Virus record (IMG/VR): IMGVR_UViG_3300021400_001148
Location: 96,001 to 160,000 of that record
Source of the DNA: a virus
Lineage: Duplodnaviria > Caudoviricetes
DNA length: 64,000 nt
Reading direction: 5' to 3' (one strand)
Both the position numbers and the translations under genes were made by a program. The notes under the pieces are model-generated. The model was given only the letters and a program-made list of their open reading frames with translations. It was not told the origin of the DNA and did no database searches. Positions within the stretch are counted from its first letter, which is position 1. Each line of letters opens with the position of its first letter. Shown here in pieces: positions 61,533-64,000 of the stretch.

Positions 61533-62807
61533 TTAAAGTTTTTTTAAAATTACAATATATTCGTTTGTTATAGTGCTTGATTTTTCGCCAGATTTATTCG
61601 TCGGCGAATTCTTTGATGGCATACGCTTGGTAGGAAACTCCCTGACGATGGTTTCAACGTGTTTGAATCCGTTCTGTTCAAAAATTTCCGCTGTAAAATA
61701 ATCAAGTGGTATTTGAACATTCTTCACTGTGCGGTTTCCCACAACATAACAAGCAACGCCACCCGGGCTGATAATTCTTGAAATGTTACAAATTGATTTG
61801 TAGTAATCATTCAGAAAAGACACAACCTCAAAATATCTTTTTTCATCGGTTTTTTTTATTTCCACTAACGCCGATTCCACTGACTCGGAAGTAAATAACT
61901 CCTTGGTTTGCTTTTTGCCACCCATAAGTTCTTTGTCAAGTGACTTATCACTCAGCCCGAACCATTCATTGGCCCACGAACTAAATTCACCGTAAGCCAC
62001 GGTAGTTCTACTATCTCCATATGGGGGAGAAGTAACAACCATATCATAAGGAACCTTTTCAAAAGCACTAATGAAATTATCTGACATTTCACAAGAATTC
62101 ACTTTCATCGTAATAGCCGCACCCATTGCCCCGGGAGTTGGTAAAGCGGCACGGTAAGATTCCAAGCCCTTGAGGTTCCTCTCAACCTTATTCACAAATG
62201 TTCCGAAAACATCCGGGCTAAATCGTGCAAGTTTTTCCTTGTCCATCCGGTAACGCTTGAATTCCCCGTTTCTCGTAAACGATGTCTCCCGCACGGTTTC
62301 GGCCAAAGGTATGTAAAAGAATTGCCTGCCTTCCCCATCATCAACAACAAGGTCGATACACCGTTGTATGAAATGAAGTTTTTTGAAGGTTTCTTCACTG
62401 AACCAGTATTCCCAGTTCTTAATCTTTTTGTATTGGTCTGGTGTCACTGCATCCGGAAAATACCTCGTTAGCCGGTCTTTAATGTCGATGAAGTACTTGC
62501 CAAGCGGTGCGTTGGTAAACGAACGGCACTTTGTCTTACTTATCATCAATGCAAGGGGGTTTAAGTCGTAACCACAGACATTGAGGCCGGCGAGTAAACC
62601 TTCGACCAGAGAGGTGCCGCTACCACAATACGGGTCTAAAAGCGATTCCGCCCCAGCTGGCTTATATTCTGTAATGAGTCTTCTTGCTATCTGGGGAATC
62701 ATCATCGCCGGGTAATTGTGATAACAGTGCGTATATTCTTTGGTATCAACCCCCTGAAAATCCCACGAGTGGTCAATCGTTCTTTTATACTCCTTCATCG
62801 TTCTCAA
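61533..62807 (-). CDS. N4-cytosine DNA methyltransferase, M.MvaI-like architecture
   Basis: HNYPAMMIP, DPYCGSGT preceding TSPPY. Confidence 0.8.
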   Translation of the reverse strand: MRTMKEYKRTIDHSWDFQGVDTKEYTHCYHNYPAMMIPQIARRLITEYKPAGAESLLDPYCGSGTSLVEGLLAGLNVCGYDLNPLALMISKTKCRSFTNAPLGKYFIDIKDRLTRYFPDAVTPDQYKKIKNWEYWFSEETFKKLHFIQRCIDLVVDDGEGRQFFYIPLAETVRETSFTRNGEFKRYRMDKEKLARFSPDVFGTFVNKVERNLKGLESYRAALPTPGAMGAAITMKVNSCEMSDNFISAFEKVPYDMVVTSPPYGDSRTTVAYGEFSSWANEWFGLSDKSLDKELMGGKKQTKELFTSESVESALVEIKKTDEKRYFEVVSFLNDYYKSICNISRIISPGGVACYVVGNRTVKNVQIPLDYFTAEIFEQNGFKHVETIVREFPTKRMPSKNSPTNKSGEKSSTITNEYIVILKKL

Positions 62808-63603
62808 TCGGTTGTTGGTTCAACATGTTTTCGGCCAGTGCAATTCTTCGTTTAGAGATGTCGAAGTATTTCTCTACCTTTTCTATACCAATAAAGTTTC
62901 TTTTTGTCAATACCGCCATTTTACCAGTAGTACAACTTCCCATAAAAGGGTCGAGGACAGTATCCCCCTCATTACTCCACGATATGATGTGGTCTTTCGC
63001 AAGGTCTTCTGGAAATATTGCCGGATGCTCGAAGGCTATTTTATCTTTGGCAGAATTGCCCCCACCGATAGAATAATTCCAAATATTAAACCTTTTTCCA
63101 TAAGGCTCTCTGACCGAAGACTTTCCGATATTGCGAACCCCGTCCCTGTTCCTTCCGCTGGCACCTCTCTCGCATACATAAAGATTTTTACGGTCTTTAA
63201 TGAAATTGAGCGTCTTGGGTTTCCCTTTTGAAAAGACAAACATATATTCGAAAACCTGGTGATAGCAAGTTTTGGATGGAAAAGCAAAAGACCCTTTATT
63301 CCAAATCATCGTATCATGGAGATTGAAGCCAATCTCCTTGAAATACAACGCCTGCTTGAATGAACTTCCTGTTTCACTTCCCTTGATTACGGCGTCACCT
63401 ATCACCCACACAACAACACCACCTGGTTTCGTCACTCTGTAAAGTTCATTCGCAACCTGTTTAAAGATATCAAAGTTCCAAACAAGTTCTCCTTCATATG
63501 ACCTTAAATCATCATATGGAGGTGACGTCACGGTAAGGTCTATACTACAGCCCTCAAGTTCTTTAAGTTTTTCAACACAGTCACCAAGAATTAGTTTTAC
63601 CAT
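62785..63603 (-). CDS. Beta-class N4/N6 DNA methyltransferase
   Basis: TSPPY, HPAIFP, LDPFMGSCTT. Confidence 0.9.
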   Translation of the reverse strand: MVKLILGDCVEKLKELEGCSIDLTVTSPPYDDLRSYEGELVWNFDIFKQVANELYRVTKPGGVVVWVIGDAVIKGSETGSSFKQALYFKEIGFNLHDTMIWNKGSFAFPSKTCYHQVFEYMFVFSKGKPKTLNFIKDRKNLYVCERGASGRNRDGVRNIGKSSVREPYGKRFNIWNYSIGGGNSAKDKIAFEHPAIFPEDLAKDHIISWSNEGDTVLDPFMGSCTTGKMAVLTKRNFIGIEKVEKYFDISKRRIALAENMLNQQPIENDEGV

Positions 63604-63866
63604 ACCAAATCTTCCATTTCCTCAATTATATCAATCGCCTCATCCAAGCCCTCCATTTCACCCTGTTCATAGTCGTTTGCAACTTCTTCGGGCTCTGCTT
63701 CTGCCCTCACAATTACATTATGATTCTGGAGGATTTGGTCCTCAATAGCATGTTTTCTCAACTCAAAAGCGGCACGAACTTTATGTAATTCATGTACCTC
63801 GGCTGTTTTATATGCAAAAACACACGCAACAACACACACAACGATAAAGGTAATCAGTATCCACAT
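63597..63866 (-). CDS. Membrane-anchored hypothetical protein
   Basis: MWILITFIVVCVVACVFAY; promoter box at 63883-63890. Confidence 0.6.
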   Translation of the reverse strand: MWILITFIVVCVVACVFAYKTAEVHELHKVRAAFELRKHAIEDQILQNHNVIVRAEAEPEEVANDYEQGEMEGLDEAIDIIEEMEDLVW

Positions 63867-64000
63867 AGTATTTTTCTTTTTGCAAATATACAAAAAAAAC
63901 TATTTATTAGAAAGTTGTTTTTATGATTATAGGTGTTGATTTCGATGGAACAGTTGTTACTCATGAATACCCTTATATAGGTGAAGATATAGGTGCTGTG

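Noticed and set aside
1-64000. TAG or TGA stop-codon recoding as in some gut jumbo phages
   Set aside because: Long ORFs are intact in the standard code, and TAG/TGA stops are directly followed by the next start (e.g. 14529/14532, 17606/17609). No suppressor tRNA is seen.

Overview
This window looks like a segment of a large (jumbo-type) tailed phage infecting Bacteroidota. Evidence: TAnnTTTG promoters, A-rich leaders without Shine-Dalgarno sites, a Bacteroidota-type bS21 gene, and the standard genetic code. Layout: (1) 1-10.3 kb, minus strand: tail-fibre/adhesin genes, including a Hint-domain protein, an NTFG-repeat protein and a 1.9k-aa YadA-head-like protein, followed by a short IS200/IS605 tnpB right-end remnant. 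(2) 10.6-18.0 kb, plus strand: small paralogous genes. (3) 18.0-27.9 kb: a zone loaded with the palindrome CCCCGGGG (about 34 copies by hand count, also inside ORFs), containing DUF1599, ART-like and metalloprotease genes, a free-standing HNH nuclease, tRNA-Gln and a tRNA split by a group I intron. (4) 27.9-54.0 kb, the most striking feature: about 36 co-oriented minus-strand units, each built as terminator / 29-bp dyad GGCGCAR-N4-GGCWGCC-N4-YTGCGCC / fixed 29-bp gap / TAnnTTTG promoter / 1-3 small genes or an ORF-less RNA. This array also carries a second operator-like palindrome, repeated structured RNA candidates and rpsU. (5) 54.0-54.6 kb: a G/C-skewed divergence point. (6) 54.9-59.6 kb: plus-strand genes sharing an LxE-type tag. 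(7) 59.6-64 kb: rmlC and three DNA methyltransferases. All counts and coordinates were read by eye. No database searches were run, so family names come from motif recognition only.
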